A stretch of DNA of 64,000 nucleotides from a virus. This document shows positions 1 to 9,883 of this stretch, piece by piece (positions within the stretch are counted from its first letter, which is position 1; each line of letters begins with the position of its first letter). The stretch is taken from positions 1 to 64,000 of the IMG/VR virus record IMGVR_UViG_3300023245_000006; one strand, given 5' to 3'. The notes beneath the pieces were generated by a model. That model was not told where the DNA came from, ran no database searches, and was given only the letters and a program-made list of their open reading frames with translations. The position numbers were made by a program, and so were the translations under genes.

Positions 1-1
1 C

Positions 2-979
2 CTTTCCAGTGGAAGGGGTTTGCGCTTTCTTGCTCGAAGCCTTTGGATTGTTTCCGGGGACTTCTGCCTTTTTGCTTTGAAGGGGTTTGATGTTACCCTT
101 GAAAGGTTTAAGATTTACATTTTTTTTCAAACCAATTACTTTGACAGCTTCTTCTTTGACATCATCGGATTCGTTACCGCGATTTTTTTCAAACTTTTTG
201 AACTTGCCTTTCATAGACTTGTTCTTTTTATTGGATGTCTTATCACCTTTCTTCTTTTTATCGAATTGGTCACGCTTAAACCCTTCACCGAATGGGTTGT
301 CAGAATCATCGTCTTCATCATCGTCTTCGTTGTCTTCTTCATCGGAACCGAAAGCATCTTCATCGTCTTCATCTTCCAAGTCTTCAATATCTTCAATATC
401 TTCGATATCTTCATCATCGTTAGAATCCTCATCTTCGTCGTCTCCGACAATTTGTTCTAATTGTGAAAGGACATCTCTAAGAGTAGAAACTAAGACACCG
501 AGATCAACTTCTTCACCACCGAGATCGTCTTCATCACCGAGATCTTCTTCATCACCGAGATCGTCTTCATCACCGAGATCATCAAGATCTAGGTCGTCTT
601 CATCACCGAATCCATTTTCAAGGTCTTCTGATCCAAAACCAGATTCTTCGTCTTCGACTGGTTCGATTTCATCTTCGTCTGTTGAAAAGTTGAAACTATT
701 TTCTCCAAGGATCTTGTTGTAAAGATCATCAAATGGGTTCTTGAACTCTTTTTTTAGTTTTTTAGGTTCACCTTTTTTGACATCACCTGAAAGATTTTTA
801 TCTTCGGATGGTTTGTCGATATCAACGAATTCATCAGAATCGTTGCCATCTTCAAATTTTCCGGCACTATCTCCGAATGGTTTATCACTTGGAGCAGTAG
901 CACCTTTGACAGCACTCGATTTGGTTTCGGTATCTTCGTTGAGAACCTTTAAATATGAACTGAGAATTTCGTCTTGCAT
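2..979 (-). CDS. Highly acidic low-complexity protein, runs off the window edge; possible prohead core/scaffold-like late protein
   Basis: Open frame from ATG at 979 (MQDEILSSYLKVLNE...) to the window start, with D/E tracts (DDLGDEDDLGDEEDLG) and a Lys-rich C-terminal part. TAAGTA late-like motif just upstream. The Ser/Phe-rich + strand ORFs are its antisense shadows. Confidence 0.7.
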   Translation of the reverse strand, partial: MQDEILSSYLKVLNEDTETKSSAVKGATAPSDKPFGDSAGKFEDGNDSDEFVDIDKPSEDKNLSGDVKKGEPKKLKKEFKNPFDDLYNKILGENSFNFSTDEDEIEPVEDEESGFGSEDLENGFGDEDDLDLDDLGDEDDLGDEEDLGDEDDLGGEEVDLGVLVSTLRDVLSQLEQIVGDDEDEDSNDDEDIEDIEDIEDLEDEDDEDAFGSDEEDNEDDDEDDDSDNPFGEGFKRDQFDKKKKGDKTSNKKNKSMKGKFKKFEKNRGNESDDVKEEAVKVIGLKKNVNLKPFKGNIKPLQSKKAEVPGNNPKASSKKAQTPSTGK

Positions 980-1042
980 AATTGTGAAATTACTTAGTGT
1001 ATTCTGTCAACAAAGATGATAGAAATTTGCATTATTGTTTAT

Positions 1043-1128
1043 TTTACTCCCGTATGATGATTTTCCCAAGCCTATAATGGTTGTAGGTTTGATATGATCA
1101 ATGTTCCATTTTTTAAAATTTTGTCATA
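1043..1128 (-). pseudogene. Remnant of an HNH homing endonuclease (W-x-IDHIKP...NLQPLW..EN type)
   Basis: Minus strand reads KWNIDHIKP, then in a shifted frame NLQPL*AWEN; frameshift/deletion plus a TAG stop. Confidence 0.5.
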
Positions 1129-2001
1129 TTAAGATCGGTGCCCACTAGTTTGAATATCGAAAAGATCTGATGCTTCTTTTTTAAGATCAAGAATCCCAAA
1201 CGTTTCACATCGATCACCGTTGAACCATAGAATATGACAATCACCCAACTTGTAAGGAGTATTTCTTTCGATCATTAGTTTATATAACCAAATCTGTAGG
1301 CTATATGTATTAAGTTCGCAGTTATCTAAATGACTTATGGGGTCCAACATACGATCTTTATACTTGCTAACGACATTGATAGCCTTGTTAGTTTTATAAT
1401 CGAAAATTACCAATTCATTAGTTTTTCGGTTGAATGAAAGATTATCAAGCGTTCCGGCTAGATTACATTCTTTATCACCGATAACCAATTCTGATTTGAT
1501 TAGTGTATGATCTTCCTTATACCATTCATACCATTCATGAAAACCAGATATCATCTTGGCCATTTTGATATAATATTTTTGTATAGAATCACTCTCTTTA
1601 AAATCTTCTCGGAATTTAAAAAATTTTGTAATAGATTCCTTATCTAGAGCGAGCCGTCGTCTTTCGAGATAATTTTCAACATATGCATGAAATTCGGTTC
1701 CGGCATGATTTGCATAATCTCGGGCGAAATCCCATTTATCTAATACATCTTTTTGGTCAACACCATCTTTTCGAGCAATGATATTCGACATATTATGAGA
1801 ATCGAATGGTTTTTTGTATTTAGATAATAATCCTGTCACGGATAAGGGGATCTTATTACCATCTATCTCATAGGTATGGTTCTTGGCTATAAATACAACG
1901 TCTTTAAAAGGGTCTAAAAGTGTGTTGTAGGAATCGAATGATGGATTAAAATCCAACTTTTGGTTCTTCTGGTTCTTCATAAAATGTTGTTTCGGTTTCA
2001 A
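1129..2001 (-). CDS. PD-(D/E)XK-family exonuclease (start uncertain, overlaps the AAA gene end)
   Basis: SVTGLL, GTEFH, SE...AGTLD...IFDYKT and YSLQIWLY motifs. Confidence 0.8.
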   Translation of the reverse strand: MKPKQHFMKNQKNQKLDFNPSFDSYNTLLDPFKDVVFIAKNHTYEIDGNKIPLSVTGLLSKYKKPFDSHNMSNIIARKDGVDQKDVLDKWDFARDYANHAGTEFHAYVENYLERRRLALDKESITKFFKFREDFKESDSIQKYYIKMAKMISGFHEWYEWYKEDHTLIKSELVIGDKECNLAGTLDNLSFNRKTNELVIFDYKTNKAINVVSKYKDRMLDPISHLDNCELNTYSLQIWLYKLMIERNTPYKLGDCHILWFNGDRCETFGILDLKKEASDLFDIQTSGHRS

Positions 2002-3127
2002 GGTTGTAAATGTCTGCCAAACTTGTCGGTTCTACTATAGATTCGGTGAGTTTGGCGGGGTATTCAAGATATTTACAAAGTTTTTGTGCGTTTTCAACCG
2101 ATAGTAGGTCGAACTTATAATTTGATTGTAATCTACCCTTTCTCAAAAGAGCCTTATCAATTTTATCCGTTTGGCAGTTATATGTGATAATAATCGATAT
2201 GTTTAATATGTCACTCAAAATACCATCAGAAAGATTCAATAATGCTGATACGGCGGAAGAATCTTGATTATCACCATGGCGTTGCATTACCAACCGTTCA
2301 GCATCTTCGAGAACGAACACTGAATTATTCTTTTCGATTAGCATTTTTAAAGATGCTGGATCTGTGGCGAATGTTTCTAGCATAGTAGTCGGAATATAAA
2401 TGAAATCTCTTTTAACATTTCCTGCCAAATATTTGATTAAACTTGATTTTCCGGTTCCGGGAGGTCCATGAAACATATATAATCCATTGGGTTTCTCTTC
2501 CAATCTCTTATGAATCATATTGTAAATGGGAACAAATTTTTCACCATAGTTCAGAGCTAGATCCATATTTTTAGGGACTTTCACCTTTAGTGGTTCTAAC
2601 GTGCATTCACCGTAACCGTCTTTGATGAATAAATGTATCTTAGACCCTTCAATCTCAGCAATGAATGGTATGAAGTCATCTATAGTCATTTTTGACCCAC
2701 AGGGTGCGATAATAGACAGATTAAAATATTTTTTTGATGTATAATTAATATTTTCTTCATCCCAGAAATGTGAATCCGAATCATCTTGACTTTTCACCGT
2801 TATTTTGATGAAATTGTCGTTTTTATATGTGAACCAAAATGTCCCTCCGCGAAAACCCATTGGTTCACCGATAGCTTTTTCACATTTACCGTTACTGGTA
2901 AACGATATCAGCGATCCGGTTTCCATAAGAAAATCTAATAGTTTATCATTGAAAACATCATCAGAATGGAACATTACCGGAAAACGATCATATATTTGAA
3001 CGATGTAATTCCGAATCGGAAAATCTGACCCCGATTCGGACGAAAAGTAATTTTTTGATTTATCTACCAGTTGGGGGTATAATCCTTTAGGTGATAGAGC
3101 TATTTCATTGAAATGATCGGTCTTCAT
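1946..3127 (-). CDS. AAA+ ATPase
   Basis: Walker A GPPGTGKS, Walker B FVLEDAE, LLNLSDG, arginine finger ALLRKGRL. Confidence 0.9.
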   Translation of the reverse strand: MKTDHFNEIALSPKGLYPQLVDKSKNYFSSESGSDFPIRNYIVQIYDRFPVMFHSDDVFNDKLLDFLMETGSLISFTSNGKCEKAIGEPMGFRGGTFWFTYKNDNFIKITVKSQDDSDSHFWDEENINYTSKKYFNLSIIAPCGSKMTIDDFIPFIAEIEGSKIHLFIKDGYGECTLEPLKVKVPKNMDLALNYGEKFVPIYNMIHKRLEEKPNGLYMFHGPPGTGKSSLIKYLAGNVKRDFIYIPTTMLETFATDPASLKMLIEKNNSVFVLEDAERLVMQRHGDNQDSSAVSALLNLSDGILSDILNISIIITYNCQTDKIDKALLRKGRLQSNYKFDLLSVENAQKLCKYLEYPAKLTESIVEPTSLADIYNLETETTFYEEPEEPKVGF

Positions 3128-3176
3128 TCACCCACAATACACAACTTTTATGAAAAATCAAAATATAAATACTTCT

Positions 3177-3563
3177 ATGCGAAAAAAAATGACCAAAAAA
3201 GACGTAGACATCCTCATGGGTCGATGTATTAAATTGGTTCAAAGGAAACCACCTGAATTTTTTAATATGAAAAAATTGCGTGGTGCATGGGGGTATTGTT
3301 ATTGGATAAGTTTGGAAATGGACCCGAGACGGGCTTTTATATCAACAAGTATACATGAGTGTGTCCACTATCTAGAACCCGATTGGTCAGAATCGCAGGT
3401 TCTGTATGCTGAGTCGAGAATTATAAACCGCGCCGACTTTTTCGATATAGCAAAATTCTTAAAGTATTTATCCACAGCACTTTATAAGAACGAATTGCGT
3501 AAAAGACTCAAAAACCAGAGAGACACCAGTGTTCGTAAAATTTTGAAAAGGAGTAAGATATAA
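3177..3563 (+). CDS. Hypothetical protein with HExxH zincin-like motif
   Basis: IHECVH; TATAAATA at 3164-3171 favours ATG 3177 as start. Confidence 0.6.
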   Translation: MRKKMTKKDVDILMGRCIKLVQRKPPEFFNMKKLRGAWGYCYWISLEMDPRRAFISTSIHECVHYLEPDWSESQVLYAESRIINRADFFDIAKFLKYLSTALYKNELRKRLKNQRDTSVRKILKRSKI

Positions 3564-3614
3564 AAATAAAAAATAATTTTTGAAATGTGGACGGAATTAT
3601 GTAAATATAAACAC

Positions 3615-6600
3615 ATGTCAAAAGAATTTCTAAGCAATCTAGTCCACCACCGAACCTACGCAAAATATCTCCCAGAACACCAAAGACGAGAAACCAAATA
3701 TGAGACGATTACTCGAAATTTGGAAATGCACTGCAAAAGATTTCCACATCTTAGAGAAGAAATCACCAAAGCCTATGATCCCGTTTATAAAGAAATGGCG
3801 ATCCCTGCTATGCGAGCATTGGAAGATAGTACCCCGATTAGAACAGATATCGGATGGTCGATAGTCGGTGAGATAAAAACTGGTGATATGATTTTTGACT
3901 CCATAGGTGAACCAACATGTGTGGAAAAGGTTTTAAAATTTGATAACGTAGATTTATATGATGTATGTTTTAGTGATGGATCAAAATTAACATCATGCGA
4001 TGAACATCTATGGGTAGTTGCATCTGCTGATGATAGACTTTCTGGAAAAACGCGCATTGTAACAACAAAGCATATAAAAGAACATTTAACCCAAGGAAAG
4101 GTTAATAATTTTTGTATATATAATCCAAAGCCCATCAAACTACCTCATAAAGAACTATTTATAGATCCATATATAATGGGTTTATGGCTTGGTGATGGAT
4201 ACTCACCAGAATACCAATATTCAAGTAGTGTCGAAGACTCTTCGTTCTTCTCCGAACAATATAAAAATGCTGGATATGAAGGAATACAAAGTAAATCAAC
4301 CAACATATGGACTTGGACATGTCGTGGACTTTCTACCGATTTATGCAAATATGATTTAATAAATAATAAACATATTCCACAAGAATATCTCAATGGATCT
4401 ATTGAGCAGAGATTGTCGCTATTACAGGGTCTTATCGATTCCGATGGCTGTATAGATAAGAACGGAAAGGTACATTTTTCTAACACAAATAAAAAAATGA
4501 TTTCTGGTATCGTAGAACTCATATCGAGTTTAGGAATAAAATATACTCAGGAAGATATAAAACCAAAAAGTGAAAACCATAAACCGTCTCATATTATTAG
4601 GTTCACATCCGGCCTCGAAATCTCCAGATTACCTAGAAAGAAAGAAAATATAAGAAAAGATATATTGAAACAAACAGAACATAGAAAAATTATATCTGTA
4701 GATTTTGTTAAAAAAGGATCAGCAACATGTTTTGTTGTTTCTTCACCAGATAGAACATTTCTCGCTGGTAGGGAAATGATTGTGACTCATAATTGTATGC
4801 AATTTAGTGGTGAACCAATCGAACGGCGACAAAATCGCGCATTTAATTGTACATTTTTAAATATCACAAAATTTGTCGATATGGCTGATCTTTTTTATCA
4901 ATCGATGTCTGGTGCTGGTGTTGGTTATAGTGTTAAACAAAGGCACATTTCCCAATTACCGATTATTAGTGATGGTATTAATACCGAGAAATTCGTTATC
5001 CCCGATTCTGCGGAGGGTTGGTCAAATAGTTTGATTAAACTTCTCGAAAATCCTGATATACAATTTGATTATTCCCAAATTAGATTGATGGGCGAACCAT
5101 TATCTACAGGAGGCACGGCATCGGGTCCAAAATCGTTGATTCATATGCACTCGAATATTAGACAAATTTTACGAAAATCTATCGGTAAACAATTAACATC
5201 CTTCGAGACTCATCGGATTTGTTGCCTCATTTCAGATTGCGTGGTAGTGGGAGGTGTTAGGAGGTGCTTGTTGGGGACTGACGACGTTCTCACAGACCGT
5301 GGGTGTGTAAAACTTAGGGACGTAAAAAATGGAGACATGGTATTAACTCACAAGAATAGGTTTCAAAAAGTTGTTTCAAAAGTTAACAATGGCAGTAGAA
5401 ATCTACTTGAAATAAAAACAAACATTGGCTCTTTCTTTTCTACGGAAAACCATAAGTGGATTACTGCAACTGACCTATATGGAGGCGTATCGGAAAAACT
5501 GGCAAATGAACTTGGCGTGGAAGACACTTTGGTTTTTAATAAAACTAAAATCGAGGGAACAGAAACCCAAATGCCATCATCGCTTGAATATACCCCACCA
5601 GAGTTAACCGAAGATACGGCATGGTTTGTTGGATACTTTCTTGGGAACGGTTCATGCTCTGTTAGAAAACGTGCAGATAATGCAAACTTGGATTGTAAGT
5701 TTAGAATTGCTGCTCCCAAAAATTACCCAAAAATAATTGAAAAAATTCAAAATATATTTCCACTCTTTATCAAAACTATTTCACTATATGAAAGAAAAAA
5801 AGTGGTAGAGTTCACTACGAGTAGAGGAAATATCGCAAAATGGGGGCTGGAAAACCTAAAACAACCCAATTCTCCCATAAAAATTCCTACTTGGATAATG
5901 CAAGCCAGAGAAGAGATAAGAATGGCGTTCATTGCAGGAATTCTGGATAGTGACGGTACCGTAAGAAATGAAACAACAGAAGATGGCATTGGCACTGGTC
6001 AAGTTGCCATTGTTTCAACAAAATACGAAAATTTTGCAAAAGAATTACAATCCCTTATCTCTCTTAGTGGCATTCCCACAAGAAGGTTAGTTAAACACAG
6101 AGAGCAAAAATCGGACGAACATATAATAAAATCCATATCTTCTAGTTTTAGAAATATACTTGTAGAAAAAATTAGTGACTATTCCATAAAAATAGCTCAT
6201 GACTACGTGGTTACTAAAAAAAGCAGAGAAAGTAGCGGTCTCTCGTTTCTGAAAAACCTTGCATCAAAGCACGGAGAAAAATACAATTTGTGGAATAATA
6301 ACCCGCACATCTCTTATGAAATAATGCAAGAAAAGCAAGCCGTAGACTTTATACCAGTCAATATCTTGGGGGTATTGAAGACGAACATGGAGGAAGAAGT
6401 TTTTGATATCGAAGTGGAAGAGGATCATTCATTTTTCATTAATGGAATACTAACCCACAATTCAGCAACAATCGTGTTATTCGATCCCGAAGATACTGTC
6501 ATGCTGAACTGCAAGTCTGGAAAATGGTGGGAAAAATATCCAGAATTGGCCCGAGCCAATAATTCAGCAGTCGTTAATCGCGCAGATCCACAATCGGAAG

Positions 6601-7649
6601 AAAAGGCTCGCATGATTATTGATGCATGTTTCGCGGGTGGTCAGGCAGAACCAGGATTGGTTTGGACCAACCACGATGATGCCGGACTAAATCCATGCGC
6701 AGAAATTTCTTTTTCTGGCTCCGTGGGAGGATTTGGTGTTTGTAACTTAACTGAGGTTAATGCGTCCAAATGTTTATCAAAAGAAGATTGGTTAAAGGCG
6801 GTAGAAACTGCTACAATTATCGGTACACTTCAAGCATCTTATACCAACTTTTCTTACATCCAGCCAGAATGGAAGAAAAATGCCGAACAGGAATCACTTT
6901 TGGGTGTTTCCATTACCGGACAAGCCGAAAATATTGCTATTTTAACCCCTGAAAATTTACAAGAAGGTGCGAAACTAGCAGTCGAAATTAATAAAAAATG
7001 GGCTGAAAAAATAGGTATTAATCCGGCTAAACGTATTACGTGTGTTAAACCATCAGGAACAGCCTCGTCATGGTTAGGAACTACGGCAGGAATCCATGCA
7101 GGTCATGCTATCAAATATCTACGGAGAGTCCGATTAGATAAGGAATCGAAATTGGGAAAGGCACTACAAAGATACTTCCCTAATTTCATCGTGCCCGACA
7201 CATTTAAAGAGGGTGATATTATTATACAAATTCCTATCAGTATGTATGAGACGACACTACTTCGAACACAGGAAACATCCATTCAGTTGTTAGAACGTAT
7301 GAAAAACGTATATGATAATTGGATTCTACCGGGGCATGTCGAAGGGGATAATACCCACAACGTAAGTCTAACAGTCAGCTACCATGAACATGAGAAGAAT
7401 AATATTAAAGAATGGATGATCGAAAATCGAGAATCCTACATTGGTATTAGTCTGATTCCGTTCGATGGTGGTGACTATGCATATTTGCCATATAGTCAAC
7501 CACCACACCCAGAAGTGTTCGATATTCTCGAAAAATCCTTTAAACAATGCGAAAAAAACTTTAAATTTGAAAATATCAAAGAAAAGAAGGATATGACCGA
7601 GCATAAAAATGAAGCGGCATGTGCGGGTGGTGCATGTCTCTTAGATTAA
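3615..7649 (+). CDS. nrdJ: Class II (AdoCbl-dependent, monomeric-type) ribonucleotide reductase with two inteins; spliced product ~619 aa
   Basis: RTYA, RRET, PAMR|CMQF, AFNC, GAGVG, GGVRR|SA, NPCAEI, CNLTE, TCVKPSGT motifs and C-terminal ACAGGAC. Confidence 0.92.
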   Translation: MSKEFLSNLVHHRTYAKYLPEHQRRETKYETITRNLEMHCKRFPHLREEITKAYDPVYKEMAIPAMRALEDSTPIRTDIGWSIVGEIKTGDMIFDSIGEPTCVEKVLKFDNVDLYDVCFSDGSKLTSCDEHLWVVASADDRLSGKTRIVTTKHIKEHLTQGKVNNFCIYNPKPIKLPHKELFIDPYIMGLWLGDGYSPEYQYSSSVEDSSFFSEQYKNAGYEGIQSKSTNIWTWTCRGLSTDLCKYDLINNKHIPQEYLNGSIEQRLSLLQGLIDSDGCIDKNGKVHFSNTNKKMISGIVELISSLGIKYTQEDIKPKSENHKPSHIIRFTSGLEISRLPRKKENIRKDILKQTEHRKIISVDFVKKGSATCFVVSSPDRTFLAGREMIVTHNCMQFSGEPIERRQNRAFNCTFLNITKFVDMADLFYQSMSGAGVGYSVKQRHISQLPIISDGINTEKFVIPDSAEGWSNSLIKLLENPDIQFDYSQIRLMGEPLSTGGTASGPKSLIHMHSNIRQILRKSIGKQLTSFETHRICCLISDCVVVGGVRRCLLGTDDVLTDRGCVKLRDVKNGDMVLTHKNRFQKVVSKVNNGSRNLLEIKTNIGSFFSTENHKWITATDLYGGVSEKLANELGVEDTLVFNKTKIEGTETQMPSSLEYTPPELTEDTAWFVGYFLGNGSCSVRKRADNANLDCKFRIAAPKNYPKIIEKIQNIFPLFIKTISLYERKKVVEFTTSRGNIAKWGLENLKQPNSPIKIPTWIMQAREEIRMAFIAGILDSDGTVRNETTEDGIGTGQVAIVSTKYENFAKELQSLISLSGIPTRRLVKHREQKSDEHIIKSISSSFRNILVEKISDYSIKIAHDYVVTKKSRESSGLSFLKNLASKHGEKYNLWNNNPHISYEIMQEKQAVDFIPVNILGVLKTNMEEEVFDIEVEEDHSFFINGILTHNSATIVLFDPEDTVMLNCKSGKWWEKYPELARANNSAVVNRADPQSEEKARMIIDACFAGGQAEPGLVWTNHDDAGLNPCAEISFSGSVGGFGVCNLTEVNASKCLSKEDWLKAVETATIIGTLQASYTNFSYIQPEWKKNAEQESLLGVSITGQAENIAILTPENLQEGAKLAVEINKKWAEKIGINPAKRITCVKPSGTASSWLGTTAGIHAGHAIKYLRRVRLDKESKLGKALQRYFPNFIVPDTFKEGDIIIQIPISMYETTLLRTQETSIQLLERMKNVYDNWILPGHVEGDNTHNVSLTVSYHEHEKNNIKEWMIENRESYIGISLIPFDGGDYAYLPYSQPPHPEVFDILEKSFKQCEKNFKFENIKEKKDMTEHKNEAACAGGACLLD
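3816..4793 (+). mobile_element. Intein 1 of NrdJ (326 aa), Ala-starting class-3 type with LAGLIDADG endonuclease
   Basis: Starts ALEDSTPI, DEHLW (Trp), ATCFVV (Cys), VTHN|C end; WLGDG and LQGLIDSDG motifs. Confidence 0.88.
5265..6461 (+). mobile_element. Intein 2 of NrdJ (399 aa), canonical Cys-start with LAGLIDADG endonuclease
   Basis: CLLGTDDV...TENHKW...IAGILDSDG...VFDIEVEEDHSFFINGILTHN|S, inserted in GGVRR|SA. Confidence 0.9.
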
Positions 7650-7653
7650 ACAT

Positions 7654-7842
7654 ATGAAAAAAATTATATGTTTATCTATATTATGTGTTGTTTGGTTATT
7701 GGGGTGCGTAACAACGAATCCCAAAGATCTTAATGAATATGGTTATCCGAAATATATAAACTATAACCCACCATTCTATATTTTAAATAAACAAAAATGG
7801 ATATCAAAACATACTTATAATATAAGTTATGATGAAAAATAA
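7654..7842 (+). CDS. Small putative lipoprotein
   Basis: MKK, hydrophobic stretch and lipobox LLGC. Confidence 0.55.
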   Translation: MKKIICLSILCVVWLLGCVTTNPKDLNEYGYPKYINYNPPFYILNKQKWISKHTYNISYDEK

Positions 7843-8059
7843 TCAATCACCCTGTAATAAAAAGTGTACGGTTAGAGATGGAACCTGTATTTCATGTAAA
7901 CGAACATTATTAGAGATAACCCAGTGGGAGAATCTCGGGATATCTGAAAGAATGGATATTATCAATCAAATCGTCGATAGACCTGATTGGTTATCTCTGA
8001 AGGAAGAAAAACTTATTCGTTCTCGGATGGGTGTAAAAATCCAGCCTGTCCTAAATTAG
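7829..8059 (+). CDS. DUF1289-like Cys-rich protein
   Basis: SPCxxxC...CxxCxRTxxEIxxW pattern. Confidence 0.75.
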   Translation: MMKNNQSPCNKKCTVRDGTCISCKRTLLEITQWENLGISERMDIINQIVDRPDWLSLKEEKLIRSRMGVKIQPVLN

Positions 8060-8519
8060 TTTTAAGTGAAGGAACCGAAACTTTTCCAGACCCACCCGTC
8101 TTAGCCGCCTTTTTAATTATTCCTTTTAGGAATTGAGCAACTTGATCGTAGTTGGCAATACTGTTATCAGTAACACCACCGACCTTTTTAAGATCATTTA
8201 CAAAATCATCGATACAATGGGAAAGTTTATTAACATGAGAGCGAATAACCGATGAAGATTTTCCACCCACAAATCCAGATTTAATATCTTTACCACTCTT
8301 CTTGAGATCACCGAAAAAACTATTCTTTCCTGTGAAGTTCTCGCGACTGCGAGCACTGTCAACCATATCTCTACCAGCCTCTAAGGTTCGTCCAGCGGCT
8401 TTACCGATTCCGGCAGCAGTTCCTTTAAGTCTATCGAAAATGCCTTCTTCGAGAAGGGCTTCTTTTTCTACGATAGCGTCGTAGGCGTCTTCTAATAATT
8501 GATGATCTTGATATTTCAT
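8013..8519 (-). CDS. Hypothetical late protein with D-x2-LLE-x2-Y N-terminus (possible head-internal protein)
   Basis: MKYQDHQLLEDAY...LEEGIFDRLK; TATAAGTA at 8532-8539 (minus). Confidence 0.6.
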   Translation of the reverse strand: MKYQDHQLLEDAYDAIVEKEALLEEGIFDRLKGTAAGIGKAAGRTLEAGRDMVDSARSRENFTGKNSFFGDLKKSGKDIKSGFVGGKSSSVIRSHVNKLSHCIDDFVNDLKKVGGVTDNSIANYDQVAQFLKGIIKKAAKTGGSGKVSVPSLKTNLGQAGFLHPSENE

Positions 8520-8540
8520 ATAATATATCAATACTTATAT

Positions 8541-8729
8541 CTAAGGCTTATCAACTTTAGATTTATTGACCGTAAGAGCAGGAGTATTGTGATACATTCG
8601 AACAATATAGTTATCGCCCCTTTCTTCTAAAATACAAACAACGCTTCCTTTTTTTAAAAAGAAAACGTCGTCGTTTAATATCCCTGTCGGATAATTATCT
8701 CTTCGCTTCATCATAATAATACTTATCAT
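8541..8729 (-). CDS. Small hypothetical protein
   Basis: ORF fills the gap between co-oriented genes; start probably at the internal MMKRR. Confidence 0.45.
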   Translation of the reverse strand: MISIIMMKRRDNYPTGILNDDVFFLKKGSVVCILEERGDNYIVRMYHNTPALTVNKSKVDKP

Positions 8730-8744
8730 GATGCGGTGTTCGCA

Positions 8745-9860
8745 TTAACTTGCCTTGATAGTATATCCCAGAGTTGAGATACATGCTGATTTTTTGGCAA
8801 CCAAAACTTGCTCCACAGCAGGTTCAGATGTGTCGTTGTAATTGACAATCGAGAATGAATTCTGCCAATTTGCAGCAGTTGCATAACACGGTGTCAAATC
8901 ACATGCACAACCGTTTTCATAGACTCGAACAATCTTTTCTTTTTGGGAACCAATAGATGGAATCCTTTTGGATGTTGCACCAAATCGATGAGTGTGGTTG
9001 ATTATCATAGAGACTGTTCCCCATTTTTCCATCATACCCAATGCAGATTGTCCACCGTGTTTTCTTACAACATCACCATGTAGAACGATGAACCCTTCGA
9101 CAATTTCTACATAATCGACCAATTTGATTCTAGACCATGATTCGTGAGGGAAGAAAACATTTTCATATGAAAGATGTTCCTGTAGATCTGGTAAACTAGC
9201 CATATCACCGAGTCTATCTGATAGGTATCTCCAATAACGACCTTCTACCCCGTTACCACTATGGTTAGAATTTGTTTCGTAAATATCGGAACCATAAGAA
9301 CTTGTGATATCATGAAGCGTTTTTAAGAACTTGTGATATGCTTCGCGCTCTTGCAAAAGACTCGAAGATGTTCTGATGTCTTTTGGATATCGCGATAATG
9401 CGAACATATCCAATGTATCACCATTCAAAATAACCGTTTCGGGTCGAAGTTCTTCGACTGTCTTCAAAAAGATGTCAAGTGTAACTTCGGACTCTGATCC
9501 AAAATGTGTATCACCAATTACCATTGCAATTTTATTTGGTTCCAGCGCAACATCAATCGGGTCTGGTTCTTCGTATTGGATTGGTGCCAAATTTAAAATG
9601 AATTCTTTTAAATCATCAGAATCAGAATAATCATTCCGTTTGACGTTGACATAAGGGGTGGGAGATCCTAACCCTACCGTGGGTGTTTTTGGGACATCCA
9701 CGGTATCATTTATCCATGATCTTGCAGTCTCCCGCCCAATACCCAACATGGTTCCAATGGTTTTAAATGTGTATCCCTCATATCTGAGGCGTTTCGCGGT
9801 TTGTTTCGGTGTTTCTTGCATAATTTGATTTATAATACGATGGTTACTTGGGTTTGTCAA
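8745..9860 (-). CDS. Calcineurin-like metallophosphoesterase with N-terminal HTH
   Basis: GDTH, LNGDTLD, SNH, HGD and NHTHR motifs; N-terminal helix-turn-helix GYTFKTIGTMLGIGRETARSW. Confidence 0.85.
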   Translation of the reverse strand: MTNPSNHRIINQIMQETPKQTAKRLRYEGYTFKTIGTMLGIGRETARSWINDTVDVPKTPTVGLGSPTPYVNVKRNDYSDSDDLKEFILNLAPIQYEEPDPIDVALEPNKIAMVIGDTHFGSESEVTLDIFLKTVEELRPETVILNGDTLDMFALSRYPKDIRTSSSLLQEREAYHKFLKTLHDITSSYGSDIYETNSNHSGNGVEGRYWRYLSDRLGDMASLPDLQEHLSYENVFFPHESWSRIKLVDYVEIVEGFIVLHGDVVRKHGGQSALGMMEKWGTVSMIINHTHRFGATSKRIPSIGSQKEKIVRVYENGCACDLTPCYATAANWQNSFSIVNYNDTSEPAVEQVLVAKKSACISTLGYTIKAS

Positions 9861-9883
9861 AAACTATTTTATATGATGGATCG

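Noticed and set aside
20-1019. Ser-rich and Phe/Ile-rich + strand ORFs
   Set aside because: Antisense shadows of the acidic minus-strand gene (979 to the window edge).
1129-2001. Cas4 adaptation gene for the CRISPR locus
   Set aside because: 14 kb from the array, lacks the four-Cys Fe-S pattern, and looks like an ordinary phage PD-(D/E)XK exonuclease.
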